A stretch of DNA of 52,967 nucleotides, from positions 1-52,967 of the forward strand of contig JAZSDD010000077.1 in assembly GCA_045530945.1 (NCBI GenBank), written 5' to 3'. Under the pieces are notes generated by a model. It saw only the letters and a program-made list of their open reading frames with translations. It was not told the origin of the DNA and made no database searches. The position numbers and the translations under genes are program-made. Below are positions 24,745 through 34,699 of the stretch, piece by piece. How positions within the stretch are numbered: the first letter of the stretch is position 1; every line of letters starts with the position of its first letter. This DNA comes from Christensenellaceae bacterium (GTDB lineage Bacteria; Bacillota; Clostridia; Christensenellales; Borkfalkiaceae).

Positions 24745-25521
24745 ATGAAAAATTATTTGCCCATTATCTCAGACACGGTTTTTTGTTCAATCGCCGTTAG
24801 TATAGTTTTAAGATTTTTGCTGTCTCTTTTTTTAGACGGCACTATATCTTTAATTTTATCCATTACCATTTCCTTAATACTTGGGATTTGGTTTTTTAAG
24901 CTTTTTAAGAAAAAAAACGGTAAAAACGACTTAAAAAAAGAAGAGGAAAAGCAGTTAAAAGAAACGTTAATTCGCCTATCCTTTATGAAAAAATCTAATC
25001 AAATTAAACTATTTGAAAGGGTTTTTAATAAACTTAGCGTTAAAACTGAAATACTAAACGGTAGAATCCGTTTGCCCGATTATGGTGCGATTATATTTTT
25101 ACGCTTTGATTTTGACGGAATTAAAAAATCAGAATTCATTAAGTTTTGCAATCTTCTTGATGCAGACGAAATTGGCGTGATTTTTTCCAGTGATTTTTCT
25201 TCTGAAATTAAAGATTTTTCGTTAAATTTTAACGGCAAGATTAAACTTTTTAACGGGAGAAAGGTTTATGAACTTTTAAAAAAAGCATCGCTTTTTCCAG
25301 AAAACGACGTGTATTTTTTTAGAGAAAAGGAAAAGACGTGGGATTTTTCACTACTATTAAATAAAAAAAGAGCCAAAAACTACTTCTTTTTCGGAGTAAT
25401 TTTTATGCTCTATTCTTTTATAGTGCCAATTAAACTATATTATATTATAGTTGGTTCTCTCTTTTTAATCTTTTCCCTTATCGTTAAGCTTTTTGGAAAA
25501 GCAGAAAAAGAGGTCTATTAA
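24745..25521 (+). CDS. Hypothetical membrane protein (2 TM segments, soluble domain, 2 TM segments)
   Basis: This 258-aa ORF has hydrophobic N- and C-termini and a central charged domain. I recognised no family. Confidence 0.5.
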   Translation: MKNYLPIISDTVFCSIAVSIVLRFLLSLFLDGTISLILSITISLILGIWFFKLFKKKNGKNDLKKEEEKQLKETLIRLSFMKKSNQIKLFERVFNKLSVKTEILNGRIRLPDYGAIIFLRFDFDGIKKSEFIKFCNLLDADEIGVIFSSDFSSEIKDFSLNFNGKIKLFNGRKVYELLKKASLFPENDVYFFREKEKTWDFSLLLNKKRAKNYFFFGVIFMLYSFIVPIKLYYIIVGSLFLIFSLIVKLFGKAEKEVY

Positions 25522-25811
25522 AACTCGATATGTTCTACCTTATCAGATAAACTACGACGATAGAAAACCAACTTTCTACCCGTTGCACAAACAAACTCAG
25601 CAAATAGAAGTTTTGCAATCTCTTCGCCTGCCTCTCTAACGTCAAGCCCACTGTTTTCTAACACGGTAACCTTAATAAGTTCTCTTTTTTCAATAGTTTT
25701 ATCAAGGCTTTCAATTAAACTTTCCGTAACACCCGATTTTCCAACTTGTGTTACGGGCTCTATTTTTTGTGCTAAGCCTCTTAAATTGCTTCTTTGTTTT
25801 GAAGTTAACAT
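25518..25811 (-). CDS. yhbY: Ribosome-assembly RNA-binding protein YhbY (CRS1/YhbY domain)
   Basis: The protein begins MLTSKQRSNLRGLAQKIEPVTQVGKSGVT and contains ELIKV and a GR..V.YR end. Confidence 0.85.
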   Translation of the reverse strand: MLTSKQRSNLRGLAQKIEPVTQVGKSGVTESLIESLDKTIEKRELIKVTVLENSGLDVREAGEEIAKLLFAEFVCATGRKLVFYRRSLSDKVEHIEF

Positions 25812-25821
25812 AATTTTCTCC

Positions 25822-27081
25822 TTAATCTACAAATTCAAACTCTTCTCCACCGATATTAATGGTGGATTTTTCATTTGCACCCATTTTTTTAAGTTCTGTA
25901 AGTATTCCTCTATCTTTTAATACTTTATGAAGATATGCAAGTGAATTCATATCGTCCATAACAACGTTTCTCTTTAATACTTCTACTAACGAGCCAACGA
26001 CGAAGAAGGTTTCACCCTCTCTATAAATTTCATAATCGAGCCTATCCGGTTTAACGTAATTAAACTCTTCAAATTCCATAGGCATTAAGGGAGGAAGTTT
26101 AGAAAGAACTTCCGTTATTGCCTTTTTCAAATCGTCAAGCCCCTCACCCGTTTGTGCGGAAATACAAACGATTTTTTTGCCCTTAACCTTTTTCTTAAAC
26201 TCTTTAATATTTTCTTCTACACCGTAATAATCACACTTGTTTAGCGCAACAATTTGTGGCAAGCGAGAAAGTTCTTTGCTGTAACTTTTTAGTTCTAAAT
26301 TAATTTTTTTGTAATCTTCAATGGGATTACGCTCTTCACTACCCGAAACGTCCACCACGTGAACTAACATTCTCGTTCTTTCAATATGCCTTAAAAATTC
26401 CGTGCCTAAACCTAAGCCTTGACTTGCGCCCTCGATAAGCCCCGGAATATCAGCAACTAAAAACTGATTATCATAATATTCTGCCACGCCCAAATTGGGA
26501 GAAAGGGTTGTAAAGTGATAGTTTGCAATTTTTGGTCTTGCCTTGGTAATTTTACTAAGAAGGGTTGATTTTCCAACGTTAGGAAAGCCCACGAGTCCAA
26601 CGTCTGCAATGGTTTTAAGTTCTAAAATCACTTGCTTTGTTTCCGTTTTTTCCCCCGTTTGAGAAAAATGAGGTGCGTGTCTACGAGCGTTGGAAAACTT
26701 AGCGTTACCTTTTCCCCCGTCACCACCTTTTAGAACTACTTTGCTTTGCCCATCGGTAAACATATCGGCAATAATGCCACCCGTTTTTCTATCTTTAATA
26801 ACTGTTCCAAGAGGCACTTTTAACACTAAATCCTTTCCACCTCTACCGTAACATTTATTAGATTCGCCGGGGTTACCGTTTTCTGCAACGTATTTAGTTT
26901 TATAATAATAATCTGCAAGGCTTGACAAATGCTTGTCCGCAACGAAGATTATATCTCCACCCTTTCCGCCGTCACCCCCGTCTGGGCCACCGCTAACCTT
27001 TCCTTTATAGTGCACGAAAGAAGTGATTCCACTTCCACCGTCACCTGCCTTTATAGTAATTATTGTTTTATTTATAAACAT
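25822..27081 (-). CDS. obg: GTPase Obg
   Basis: It has a glycine-rich Obg fold (KAGDGGSG, GGPDGGDGGKGG), G1 GFPNVGKST, G3 DIPG, G4 NKCD and a C-terminal Obg_CT domain. Confidence 0.95.
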   Translation of the reverse strand: MFINKTIITIKAGDGGSGITSFVHYKGKVSGGPDGGDGGKGGDIIFVADKHLSSLADYYYKTKYVAENGNPGESNKCYGRGGKDLVLKVPLGTVIKDRKTGGIIADMFTDGQSKVVLKGGDGGKGNAKFSNARRHAPHFSQTGEKTETKQVILELKTIADVGLVGFPNVGKSTLLSKITKARPKIANYHFTTLSPNLGVAEYYDNQFLVADIPGLIEGASQGLGLGTEFLRHIERTRMLVHVVDVSGSEERNPIEDYKKINLELKSYSKELSRLPQIVALNKCDYYGVEENIKEFKKKVKGKKIVCISAQTGEGLDDLKKAITEVLSKLPPLMPMEFEEFNYVKPDRLDYEIYREGETFFVVGSLVEVLKRNVVMDDMNSLAYLHKVLKDRGILTELKKMGANEKSTINIGGEEFEFVD

Positions 27082-27084
27082 AAT

Positions 27085-27711
27085 TCACCTTTTAATATTT
27101 TTTTCGCAGTAAGAATTTATCGGGCAGTTTTCACAATCGGGATTTTTTGCCTTGCAATAACTTCTGCCAAGATATATGAGGTAGTGATGCGCCCTGCTCC
27201 AATCTTCCTCATCTATAATTTCATTTAACGCTTTTTCCGTTTTCAAAACGTTGTTTGCCTTTGCTAAGCCTATGCGATTGCTAACCCTAAAAACGTGCGT
27301 GTCAACGGCAATAGCCTTTCCGTTAAAAGCAACGCTATAAACGACGTTTGCAGTTTTTCTTCCTACTCCTGCAAGGGTTATAAGTTCTTCCCAAGTGTTA
27401 GGAACGTTACCACCAAATTTTTCCACAATATCTTTGCTTGCCTCTAAGATATGTTTTGCCTTGCTTTTATAAAGCCCACAAGAAAATATATATTTTTCAA
27501 GCCCCTCTTGGGTTAAAGTAAGCATTTTTTGAGGAGTGGAATACTCTTTGAAAAGTTCCTTAGTAACTTTATTAACACGCTCGTCCGTACATTGAGCCGA
27601 TAAAATTACCGCAATAAGCAACTCGTACGGCGTGGTAAAATTAAGTGCCGGCTTATCTAAAAAATTGCTTGATAGCGTTGATATAATTTTTTTAGCAGTG
27701 TTCTTTTCCAT
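27085..27711 (-). CDS. nth: Endonuclease III
   Basis: It has the HhH-GPD motif (LITLAGVGRKTANVV), the catalytic DTHV, and the C-terminal Fe-S cluster C-x6-C-x2-C-x5-C (CKAKNPDCENCPINSYC). Confidence 0.9.
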   Translation of the reverse strand: MEKNTAKKIISTLSSNFLDKPALNFTTPYELLIAVILSAQCTDERVNKVTKELFKEYSTPQKMLTLTQEGLEKYIFSCGLYKSKAKHILEASKDIVEKFGGNVPNTWEELITLAGVGRKTANVVYSVAFNGKAIAVDTHVFRVSNRIGLAKANNVLKTEKALNEIIDEEDWSRAHHYLIYLGRSYCKAKNPDCENCPINSYCEKNIKR

Positions 27712-27765
27712 AAACTTACCCTATTTATCTTATCACATCAAAGATAAATATTACAAGCATTTTAA

Positions 27766-28023
27766 TTAAATACTTCTCACCAAAATATTTCCACCAATCT
27801 TTTTTACCTTAAAAATGCCGACAAATGAAGCAAGAGAGGCAATTTTTACCCCCTTTTTTACCACATCTATAAGATTGGTTGAAACTTTCACGGATAAACC
27901 ACACCCAACCCCAGCTTCTTTCGGGGTGTTTATTATTTCCGACCTAACTCCGTTACGTTCTAAAAAACCGTGAAATTTTACCGTGTGCGCCCTTGAACGA
28001 AAGGCTACTACTATATACTCCAT
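27766..28023 (-). CDS. DUF3343-type small protein (putative Se/S carrier-like)
   Basis: The sequence MEYIVVAFRSRAHTVKFHGFLERNGVRSEIINTPKEAGVGCGLSV has the conserved pattern. The start was trimmed to 28023 (AGGAG SD). It is divergent from a cysteine desulfurase-family gene. Confidence 0.65.
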   Translation of the reverse strand: MEYIVVAFRSRAHTVKFHGFLERNGVRSEIINTPKEAGVGCGLSVKVSTNLIDVVKKGVKIASLASFVGIFKVKKIGGNILVRSI

Positions 28024-28111
28024 ACCATTTCTCCTTTGCATAAAAGGGTGTTCCCCTTTATATAATATACTATTATTTTATCCTAATTTTTGTTAAATAA
28101 AAGGAGCGACT

Positions 28112-29236
28112 ATGATTTATTTAGATAATGCTGCAACGGGTGGTTTTAAGCCGAGAGCAGTTTCTGAAATTGCCCAAACGGTTATTAAATATCTATCGGC
28201 AAACCCCGGAAGAAGTGGACATCACCTATCCGTTACGGGCGCAAAATTAGTGTACTCTTGCAGAGAAAACTTGGCAAAATTATTTTCTTGTAACGAAGAT
28301 AGAGTCGTTTTTACTAAAAACTGCACAGAGGCGTTAAACTTAGCAATATTTGGAACTCTTCAAAAGGGAAAAAAGGTAATCACCACCGTTTTTGAACACA
28401 ACTCAGTGCTCCGTCCTTTATATTACCTGCAAAGTTTAGGATATATCGATTTAGAAATAGTTCACCCTACGCCCATGAAAGATATTGCAGAGGAAATAGA
28501 AGAAAAAATTGATAATAATACCTATCTAATAGTTTGCACTGCTATAAGCAACGTAACGGGCGAAGTTATGCCTATTAAAAAAATTGGTGAGATTGCTAAA
28601 AAATACAACCTTTTATTTTTGGTGGACGGAGCGCAAGGTGGCGGGCATATTCCACTTTCTCTAAAACACGATAATATTTCCATGCTGGCATTGGCGGGAC
28701 ATAAAGGGCTATACGGAATTATGGGCAGTGGTGCTTTATGCTTTGACGATAGCGTTACTATTAACCCCCTCACCTTTGGTGGAACGGGCATAGATTCTTT
28801 TTCTAAAATCATGCCGGAAAATTATCCCGAACGTTTAGAGGCAGGCACGCTAAACTTACCTGCAATCGCTTGCCTTAACGAGGGTGTTAAATACGTTTCT
28901 TCCCACCTTTTTCACTTTGCAGAACAAACGGAAAAACTCACTGAAAAAGTTATAGCAAATCTTTCGGAAACAAAAAAGGTAAAACTTTACTCTTCCCCTA
29001 ACCCGTCGGGTATAATCTCCTTTGAAATAATTGGGCTTGACAGTAGCGTTGCCTCTGATATTTTAAGTAGAGAATACGATATTGCAGTAAGAGGAGGTTT
29101 TCATTGCGCTCCTCTTACCCACAAGTTTTATAAAACGGAAAAAGGCGGGTTAGTTAGAGCAAGCCTTTCAGTACATAATAGCGCTCACGAACTCTCCCGC
29201 CTTGTAGATGCCGTAAATAGAATTTGTAAAAATTAA
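28112..29236 (+). CDS. Class V aminotransferase / cysteine desulfurase family protein
   Basis: Motifs seen: IYLDNAATG, EHNSV, DGAQGGGH, the PLP lysine in LAGHKGLYG, and a C-terminal GFHCAPL. Confidence 0.8.
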   Translation: MIYLDNAATGGFKPRAVSEIAQTVIKYLSANPGRSGHHLSVTGAKLVYSCRENLAKLFSCNEDRVVFTKNCTEALNLAIFGTLQKGKKVITTVFEHNSVLRPLYYLQSLGYIDLEIVHPTPMKDIAEEIEEKIDNNTYLIVCTAISNVTGEVMPIKKIGEIAKKYNLLFLVDGAQGGGHIPLSLKHDNISMLALAGHKGLYGIMGSGALCFDDSVTINPLTFGGTGIDSFSKIMPENYPERLEAGTLNLPAIACLNEGVKYVSSHLFHFAEQTEKLTEKVIANLSETKKVKLYSSPNPSGIISFEIIGLDSSVASDILSREYDIAVRGGFHCAPLTHKFYKTEKGGLVRASLSVHNSAHELSRLVDAVNRICKN

Positions 29237-29517
29237 ATTCTTTTTAAATCGCTTACTATTTTTGAAAGCATTTTTCTCTGCTTATCGTCAAGCATAGGAT
29301 AAAGCATATTGTAAAAGCCGTCTATTTCAGAATTGGAAAGAGTTCCTGCTTTCTTTCTCTTTTTTGCCTCTTCAAAAACCGCTTTAATTAAGTCTTGTTG
29401 ACTTTTTCCATCAAACTGCTTAGCCATTTTCGTTACCATATCTATAACGTTTTGGTTTTCACTAAAATTTTCTTCCCCGCCGTTACCATTTTTAATAAAA
29501 TCATTAAAATCTTGCAT
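29233..29517 (-). CDS. Hypothetical 94-aa protein
   Basis: The ORF has plausible charged, helical composition. I recognised no family. Confidence 0.4.
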   Translation of the reverse strand: MQDFNDFIKNGNGGEENFSENQNVIDMVTKMAKQFDGKSQQDLIKAVFEEAKKRKKAGTLSNSEIDGFYNMLYPMLDDKQRKMLSKIVSDLKRI

Positions 29518-29585
29518 ATTTTACTCCTAAAAGTTTTGGCGAATTTAAGCCTTTATACATATAGTATATTAACGGAAGTTAAATT

Positions 29586-29870
29586 ATGATATTAGAATTT
29601 TTGCTAAATTTTTTTCTAAACGAATATAAAGACGGCGAATTTAAGCCTTTATACGATTTGCTTAGTGCAAATAATTTTGACGTTTTTTCCGCCCTTAAAA
29701 ATGCCAAACCCCAAGACTTTGCCCCTCTAATAAAAGTCTTTTTCAAGAAAAATTCGTCAAACGAAAACACCCCCGAAAGTTTTACTTTCGAGGGTGTAAG
29801 TCCCATTAAAAATTTTGCTGATGAAAAAATCGTTTTAGCTTTGAACGAATACTTTACTAATTGTAATTAG
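29586..29870 (+). CDS. Hypothetical 94-aa protein
   Basis: A GGAAG SD-like sequence precedes the ATG. I prefer this ORF over the antisense ORF 29579..29806 on composition. It overlaps the convergent S41 peptidase gene by 14 nt. Confidence 0.35.
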   Translation: MILEFLLNFFLNEYKDGEFKPLYDLLSANNFDVFSALKNAKPQDFAPLIKVFFKKNSSNENTPESFTFEGVSPIKNFADEKIVLALNEYFTNCN

Positions 29871-31155
29871 TTAAAATCTCAACTGCACGTGATATGGCGT
29901 TTTCGCTATTAATGTGGTTTGCCGTATTTTCTTGAATTATTCCCGTGCCGTGAATACAAGTTTCTCTATCCGGCCATAAAACCCTTGCAGTAGTAAGTTT
30001 TAACGCCCCACCAGATAAAAGAGGATAGGTGGTTTGCATTATCCCCTTTCCGTAGGTGCTATAATTTCCCCTTTCAGTATTATAGGCTATTAAGAGATTA
30101 TCTTTGCTAAAATTAGCGTCGTTATAGCATAGCATTGCTCCGATTAAACACTCTGAGGCAGACGCCGTTCCACCGTCTGCAAGTACGACAATATTTTTTA
30201 GCCTATCGTCAAAATTATTTCCTTTGGTGTAATAACAAGAAGAACCCTTTCTTTCCTCAACCTCGGTTACGAGGTTTTTATTATTTTTGTTATTATTTAT
30301 AAAGTAGGAGGCAACTTCTCTTAAACAATCCATATAACCGCCTCCGTTTCCACGCAAGTCAAATATGAGTTTGCTTTTGCCACTTGAATAAAAATAGGAA
30401 AGCGCCTCGCCTAATTGCGTTGCAGAATCCCCCTCAAACGCCTTAAAGAGAATAAGCGCAGTATCTGATGGAAGAGTATCAAGTCTTTCGTCATTAAAAA
30501 ATTTCTTTGTTGGTTTACCCTCATCCTCTGAAACAAACCTGAGTGAAGTTTGATTATCGTAATAATAAACGTAAGAACAAACGTATTTTCTCTTGGTTAG
30601 CGTAAAGCCTTTCTCATCAAAAACGCCATCTCTTTTTATTATAATCACTATTTCGTCCCCGTCAGAAACGTTGGTAAAAAAGTCGATAGCGTCTTGCGTT
30701 GAAGTAAACTCTATAAATTCCGTTTGAGAGGTTAATTTTGCCCTTAAAATTACGTCGCCACTTTTAATTCCTGCATTTTCCGCGGGAGAATTTCCCGAAA
30801 CAGAATAAATTTTTGGCGCATTAGCATATAAAGTTATTCCTATCCCCGAATACCTTCCATCACCCTCAGTATTTTTCTCCTTATACTCCTCGTCAGTAAA
30901 ATACTGGGCGTAATCGTCGTTTTTTAGTACTGCGTTAACAAACCCCTTTGCCATTTCCTCGGTATCTAAGGTAATATCATTACCGTTTGGATCTTTGGAA
31001 ACAGAATTTATGATGGTTATAATATCACCTAGCTTTCTTGCATAGTTAGGCATTAGTAGATAATGCGTAAAAAATCCGCCCGTAAAACAAATTACGAGCG
31101 AAAAAACTATTAATAATATCTTAAATATCTTTTTTTGTGTTTTATTTTCCTTCAT
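29857..31155 (-). CDS. S41 family C-terminal processing peptidase (membrane-anchored, PDZ-containing)
   Basis: It has an N-terminal TM segment, a PDZ block (YSGIGITL...AGIKSGDVIL), the motif RGNGGGY, and the catalytic Ser in GGTASASE. Confidence 0.75.
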   Translation of the reverse strand: MKENKTQKKIFKILLIVFSLVICFTGGFFTHYLLMPNYARKLGDIITIINSVSKDPNGNDITLDTEEMAKGFVNAVLKNDDYAQYFTDEEYKEKNTEGDGRYSGIGITLYANAPKIYSVSGNSPAENAGIKSGDVILRAKLTSQTEFIEFTSTQDAIDFFTNVSDGDEIVIIIKRDGVFDEKGFTLTKRKYVCSYVYYYDNQTSLRFVSEDEGKPTKKFFNDERLDTLPSDTALILFKAFEGDSATQLGEALSYFYSSGKSKLIFDLRGNGGGYMDCLREVASYFINNNKNNKNLVTEVEERKGSSCYYTKGNNFDDRLKNIVVLADGGTASASECLIGAMLCYNDANFSKDNLLIAYNTERGNYSTYGKGIMQTTYPLLSGGALKLTTARVLWPDRETCIHGTGIIQENTANHINSENAISRAVEILTNYN

Positions 31156-32198
31156 TATTTTTTACCCTGCTTAAATAAAACGGTAATAAGCCTAAAAGTA
31201 ACGGCATCAGAGAATTTTCTTATATCAAGCCCCGTTTGACGCTCAATCTTGTCAAGCCTATACGTTAAAGTGTTTCTGTGGAGAAATAGTTTTCTCGAAG
31301 TTTCGGAAACGTTTAGATTGTTTTCTAAAAACACTTCTGCCGTTTGAATCATTTCCTTATCGGTAAAAATTTCTTCTGCCTCAGAGTCTAACAATAATTC
31401 TAAATATTCGTTTCTCCTCGTTTTCGGCAAGTCTTCAATAATTTTTGTAAACACGTATTCTTTATACGAGTGAACGTTTCCACTTAAATTAACGTAGTCT
31501 CTCATACGATATGCAGACAATGCTTGAGAAAAAGAGGTGTGAATGTTTTCAATAGATGCAACTGCCGCCCCTAACGTGATATAAACTTTCATACCCGTTT
31601 CTTCAAATATCGATTGGAATAAAAATTCTGCATATTCGTTAAAGGAGCGATATTCCGTGTCCTCATCACCGAAGAATTTAACTACACCAACTTGATTATC
31701 GTCTAACAAAACGGAAATATCCGTTTCATCTGGAGCATAGGTATCTACAACGTTTTTAACCTCCTCCGCTCTATCTTTATCACACACGATAAGCATTGCG
31801 CAAGATGACGCATTGCTTTTTAATCCATATTTTCTACTATATTTTTCTATTTGATAAATCCCAACTTCACCCGTTAATAGCGAACGATAAAATTCATCTT
31901 TCGTGCTAATTCTTCCCTTATAAGATGCGTTTTCTGAAAGCTCACTTATAAGATAAGCGTAGTTCCCATAAACGCTTCCAACCCCGTCAAGACGGGCAAT
32001 ATACGTTTTGTCTCTATATCTAAATCTAAAAAGTGATTGATTGGTTATGGTGTCAGAATATAAAATCTTAAAATCGGTGTTTGCGGCGTTACCCTTGTTT
32101 GCGCCGAAAAGATATTCTCCACCTTCGTCGTAAACGGTAATTTTAACACCGAGATTTCTTTCTATTTCTTCTATAAAAAGTTTAACGTCTGCTTCCAT
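31155..32198 (-). CDS. PucR/CdaR-family transcriptional regulator
   Basis: The C-terminal HTH NVSETSRKLFLHRNTLTYRLDKIERQTGLDIRKFSD is typical of PucR_C. Confidence 0.65.
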   Translation of the reverse strand: MEADVKLFIEEIERNLGVKITVYDEGGEYLFGANKGNAANTDFKILYSDTITNQSLFRFRYRDKTYIARLDGVGSVYGNYAYLISELSENASYKGRISTKDEFYRSLLTGEVGIYQIEKYSRKYGLKSNASSCAMLIVCDKDRAEEVKNVVDTYAPDETDISVLLDDNQVGVVKFFGDEDTEYRSFNEYAEFLFQSIFEETGMKVYITLGAAVASIENIHTSFSQALSAYRMRDYVNLSGNVHSYKEYVFTKIIEDLPKTRRNEYLELLLDSEAEEIFTDKEMIQTAEVFLENNLNVSETSRKLFLHRNTLTYRLDKIERQTGLDIRKFSDAVTFRLITVLFKQGKK

Positions 32199-32372
32199 TG
32201 TTTCATCCTTAAAGTTATTCTCATATATTTTACCCTAAAAATTAAAATTTTTCAATACTAATTTTTAATTTTTGATTAACCTTAGCGTTTTTTATGTGAA
32301 AATTTTGGAACTTTTTATAAAAAAAGAAAAATCGGATAAGTAATTATCCGATTTATATCTTTTTTATTAAAA

Positions 32373-33758
32373 TTATTCTTCGTCAGAAGCTTCTTCTTCC
32401 TCAACGGTTTCAGGAGCAACCTCTTCTGCCTTAACTCTTTGAGAAAGACCAATTTTATTTAAGAAACTGTTCTTCTTTTCAAGTTTAGCAGCAATTTTTG
32501 CTGCCTCTTCTTCTTCAGCGGCTGCTTTTTCTTCTGCCTTAATTCTATCCTCTTCAACTCTTCTTGCTTGTAATTCTTCGATTTCTGCCTTACCTTCTTC
32601 AGTACGAGCAAGTAAGGTGATTTCGGTAGCCTTATCAAAGAGGTGACATCTTGACATATCGAGAGCAATATCAATATGGTCGTCCGTCTTTGCCTCTGTA
32701 CGGCTATCAACTTTAGCAATAAGGTTTGCTTTAACTTCGATAATGTCGTCACTATCGTCAATATCGCTGGTTTTGCAGTAGAGAAGTGTTTCTGCACCTA
32801 AGCCTTCAACAAACTCTATGCCAACTTTGATAATGTTTTCTTTTCCAGCCTTAATACTTTCTTCCCCACAGTCAATGTTTTCAGGACGAATACCAAAGAT
32901 AATTTCTTTACCAGTGTTAAGATAATCGTCAAGATTGCAAATGAGTGCAACTCTTTCTTTGGGAACAAGAACTTTATCGTTACCAAACTCAACGTATACT
33001 TTATTCTTAGTTCCAGTTAAAGTAGCGTTAAAGAAGTTCATCTGAGGAGTTCCGATAAATCCTGCTACGAACTGGTTGATAGGATAATCATAGAGGTTTA
33101 AGGGTTCGTCAACTTGTTGCATAAATCCATCTTTCATAACTACGATTCTCGTACCCATAGTCATAGCCTCAACTTGGTCGTGAGTAACGTAGATAAAGGT
33201 GGTTGCAAGTCTATTGTGAAGTTTGGTAATTTCCGTTCTCATTTGAGCACGAAGTTTAGCGTCTAAGTTAGACAAAGGTTCGTCCAAAAGGAATACCTTA
33301 GGTTCACGAACGATTGCACGACCTAAAGCAACACGTTGTCTTTGACCACCGGAAAGAGCCTTAGGCTTTCTGGAAAGATACATTTCAATACCAAGAATTC
33401 TTGCCGCTTCTTTAACTCTTGCGTCAATTTCTTCTTTGGGCATTTTTCTTAATTTAAGACCAAACGCCATATTGTCGTATACAGTCATATGAGGATAAAG
33501 TGCATAGTTCTGGAAAACCATTGCAATATCTCTATCTTTAGGCGCAATATTATTTACTAATAAACCGTCGATATAAAGTTCGCCGTCGGTGATTTCTTCA
33601 AGACCTGCTATCATACGAAGAGTGGTTGATTTACCACAACCAGAAGGTCCAACGAAAACGATAAACTCTTTGTCTTCGATATCAAGACAGAAGTCGGTTA
33701 CCGCAGTTACACCGGAGGGGTATACTTTGTAAATGTTTTTAAGATTTAAGCTTGACAT
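32373..33758 (-). CDS. Carbohydrate-type ABC transporter ATP-binding protein (MsmK/UgpC/MalK-like) with a charged C-terminal tail of about 90 aa
   Basis: It has Walker [10 protein letters not shown], the signature LSGGQRQR, Walker [11 protein letters not shown], and a TOBE-like C-domain. An E/K/A-rich tail follows. The start was trimmed to MSSLNLKN (GGAGGA SD). Confidence 0.85.
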   Translation of the reverse strand: MSSLNLKNIYKVYPSGVTAVTDFCLDIEDKEFIVFVGPSGCGKSTTLRMIAGLEEITDGELYIDGLLVNNIAPKDRDIAMVFQNYALYPHMTVYDNMAFGLKLRKMPKEEIDARVKEAARILGIEMYLSRKPKALSGGQRQRVALGRAIVREPKVFLLDEPLSNLDAKLRAQMRTEITKLHNRLATTFIYVTHDQVEAMTMGTRIVVMKDGFMQQVDEPLNLYDYPINQFVAGFIGTPQMNFFNATLTGTKNKVYVEFGNDKVLVPKERVALICNLDDYLNTGKEIIFGIRPENIDCGEESIKAGKENIIKVGIEFVEGLGAETLLYCKTSDIDDSDDIIEVKANLIAKVDSRTEAKTDDHIDIALDMSRCHLFDKATEITLLARTEEGKAEIEELQARRVEEDRIKAEEKAAAEEEEAAKIAAKLEKKNSFLNKIGLSQRVKAEEVAPETVEEEEASDEE

Positions 33759-33878
33759 ATTTTCCTCCACTTGTCATAAAGTTTTTTGTGTTTCTTTAAT
33801 TATTATATACTTTTTCGTTGGTTTTTACAATTTAATTTTGCACTAACAAATTTTTTGTTACTGTATAATTTGCACAAA

Positions 33879-34454
33879 CTAATCAAGCTCGTCTAAAGTA
33901 AGTTCAAAAGCAGGGGCAAATTCTTTCAAATAATACGCTACCTCTTGCCTTTTAGAAGCCTTCAATTCTGCTTCTATACTCCTCTTTGCCTTCTTAAATT
34001 CAGCATTACCCGCTTTTATTTCTTCTATGCATTTTATATATGCGGCAATTCTATCGGCATACTTTACAATCTTATACTCTTCCGTTTCCGTGTCGGGAAT
34101 AATATACTCTTGATATTTTTCTTTAAGATTTTCAGGCAGCATATTTAATATCCTTTCGCACGCCTTTGCCTCTAAATCCTTATAAGCCGTTTTGATTTCG
34201 GGATTAAAATATTTTATAGGCGTTGGTAAATCTCCCGTGATAACTTCCCCAACCTCGTGATATTGAGCAATTAAAACTGCCTTGCCAACGTCAATTTCCT
34301 TATTAAAATTTTCCTTAGCAATGAGAGCAAGCGCGTGAGTAATTACTGCAACTTGTTGGCTATGCTCCATAATGTTTTCGTCACAAACGGAACGCATTAG
34401 CGACCATCTTTTTATGTATTTCATACGATTTATATATGCAAAAAATTTGAACAT
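33879..34454 (-). CDS. YfbR-like HD-domain 5-prime-deoxynucleotidase
   Basis: The sequence RWSLMRSVCDENIMEHSQQVAVITHAL...HEVGEVITGDLPTP is the YfbR pattern. Confidence 0.75.
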   Translation of the reverse strand: MFKFFAYINRMKYIKRWSLMRSVCDENIMEHSQQVAVITHALALIAKENFNKEIDVGKAVLIAQYHEVGEVITGDLPTPIKYFNPEIKTAYKDLEAKACERILNMLPENLKEKYQEYIIPDTETEEYKIVKYADRIAAYIKCIEEIKAGNAEFKKAKRSIEAELKASKRQEVAYYLKEFAPAFELTLDELD

Positions 34455-34510
34455 TTATTTTCTCCTTTTTCTCCTTTAATGTGGAAAATAATTTTATCAT
34501 ATAATTTTGC

Positions 34511-34539
34511 TTGACGCAACATTTTTTTTGTGATATTAT
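34511..34539 (+). promoter_or_regulatory. Sigma-A-like promoter for the TPP riboswitch / thiT
   Basis: TTGACG (34511-34516), a 17-nt spacer, then TATTAT (34534-34539). Confidence 0.5.
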
Positions 34540-34555
34540 TTCGTTAATAAAATAA

Positions 34556-34672
34556 ATATTCGCTATGGGTGCCATATCGGCTGAGATTATACCATTGAAT
34601 CCGCAAGGTAATGCTTGAAGGAAAAGACAATATAACCGTCGACAACACCCTGTTTGGGGTGTTTTTTGTTTT
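34556..34672 (+). promoter_or_regulatory. TPP (THI-box) riboswitch with intrinsic terminator
   Basis: The aptamer reads GGGTGCC...GGCTGAGATTATACCATTGAATCCGCAAGGTAATGCTTGAAGGAA, containing the CTGAGA, ACC..TGAA and GTAATGC boxes. The terminator is AACACCC-TGTTTG-GGGTGTT followed by TTTTTG (34644-34672). Confidence 0.8.
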
Positions 34673-34699
34673 CTTATAGCGAATTATAGGAGGTTTTTT

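Noticed and set aside
29579-29806. A 75-aa minus-strand ORF antisense to ORF 29586..29870
   Set aside because: Only one of the two can be real. The plus-strand frame has an SD-like GGAAG and a more protein-like composition. Both remain low confidence.
32459-32797. A 112-aa same-strand, out-of-frame ORF inside the C-terminal part of the ABC ATPase gene
   Set aside because: It is a K/Q/L-rich translation of the GAA/GCA-rich tail in another frame, with no independent start signals. I mention it only as a reason to double-check for a frameshift in that region.
34381-34575. A 64-aa minus-strand ORF overlapping the yfbR-like start and the thiT promoter/riboswitch
   Set aside because: The region is better explained by the promoter (TTGACG-17-TATTAT) and the TPP aptamer on the plus strand.
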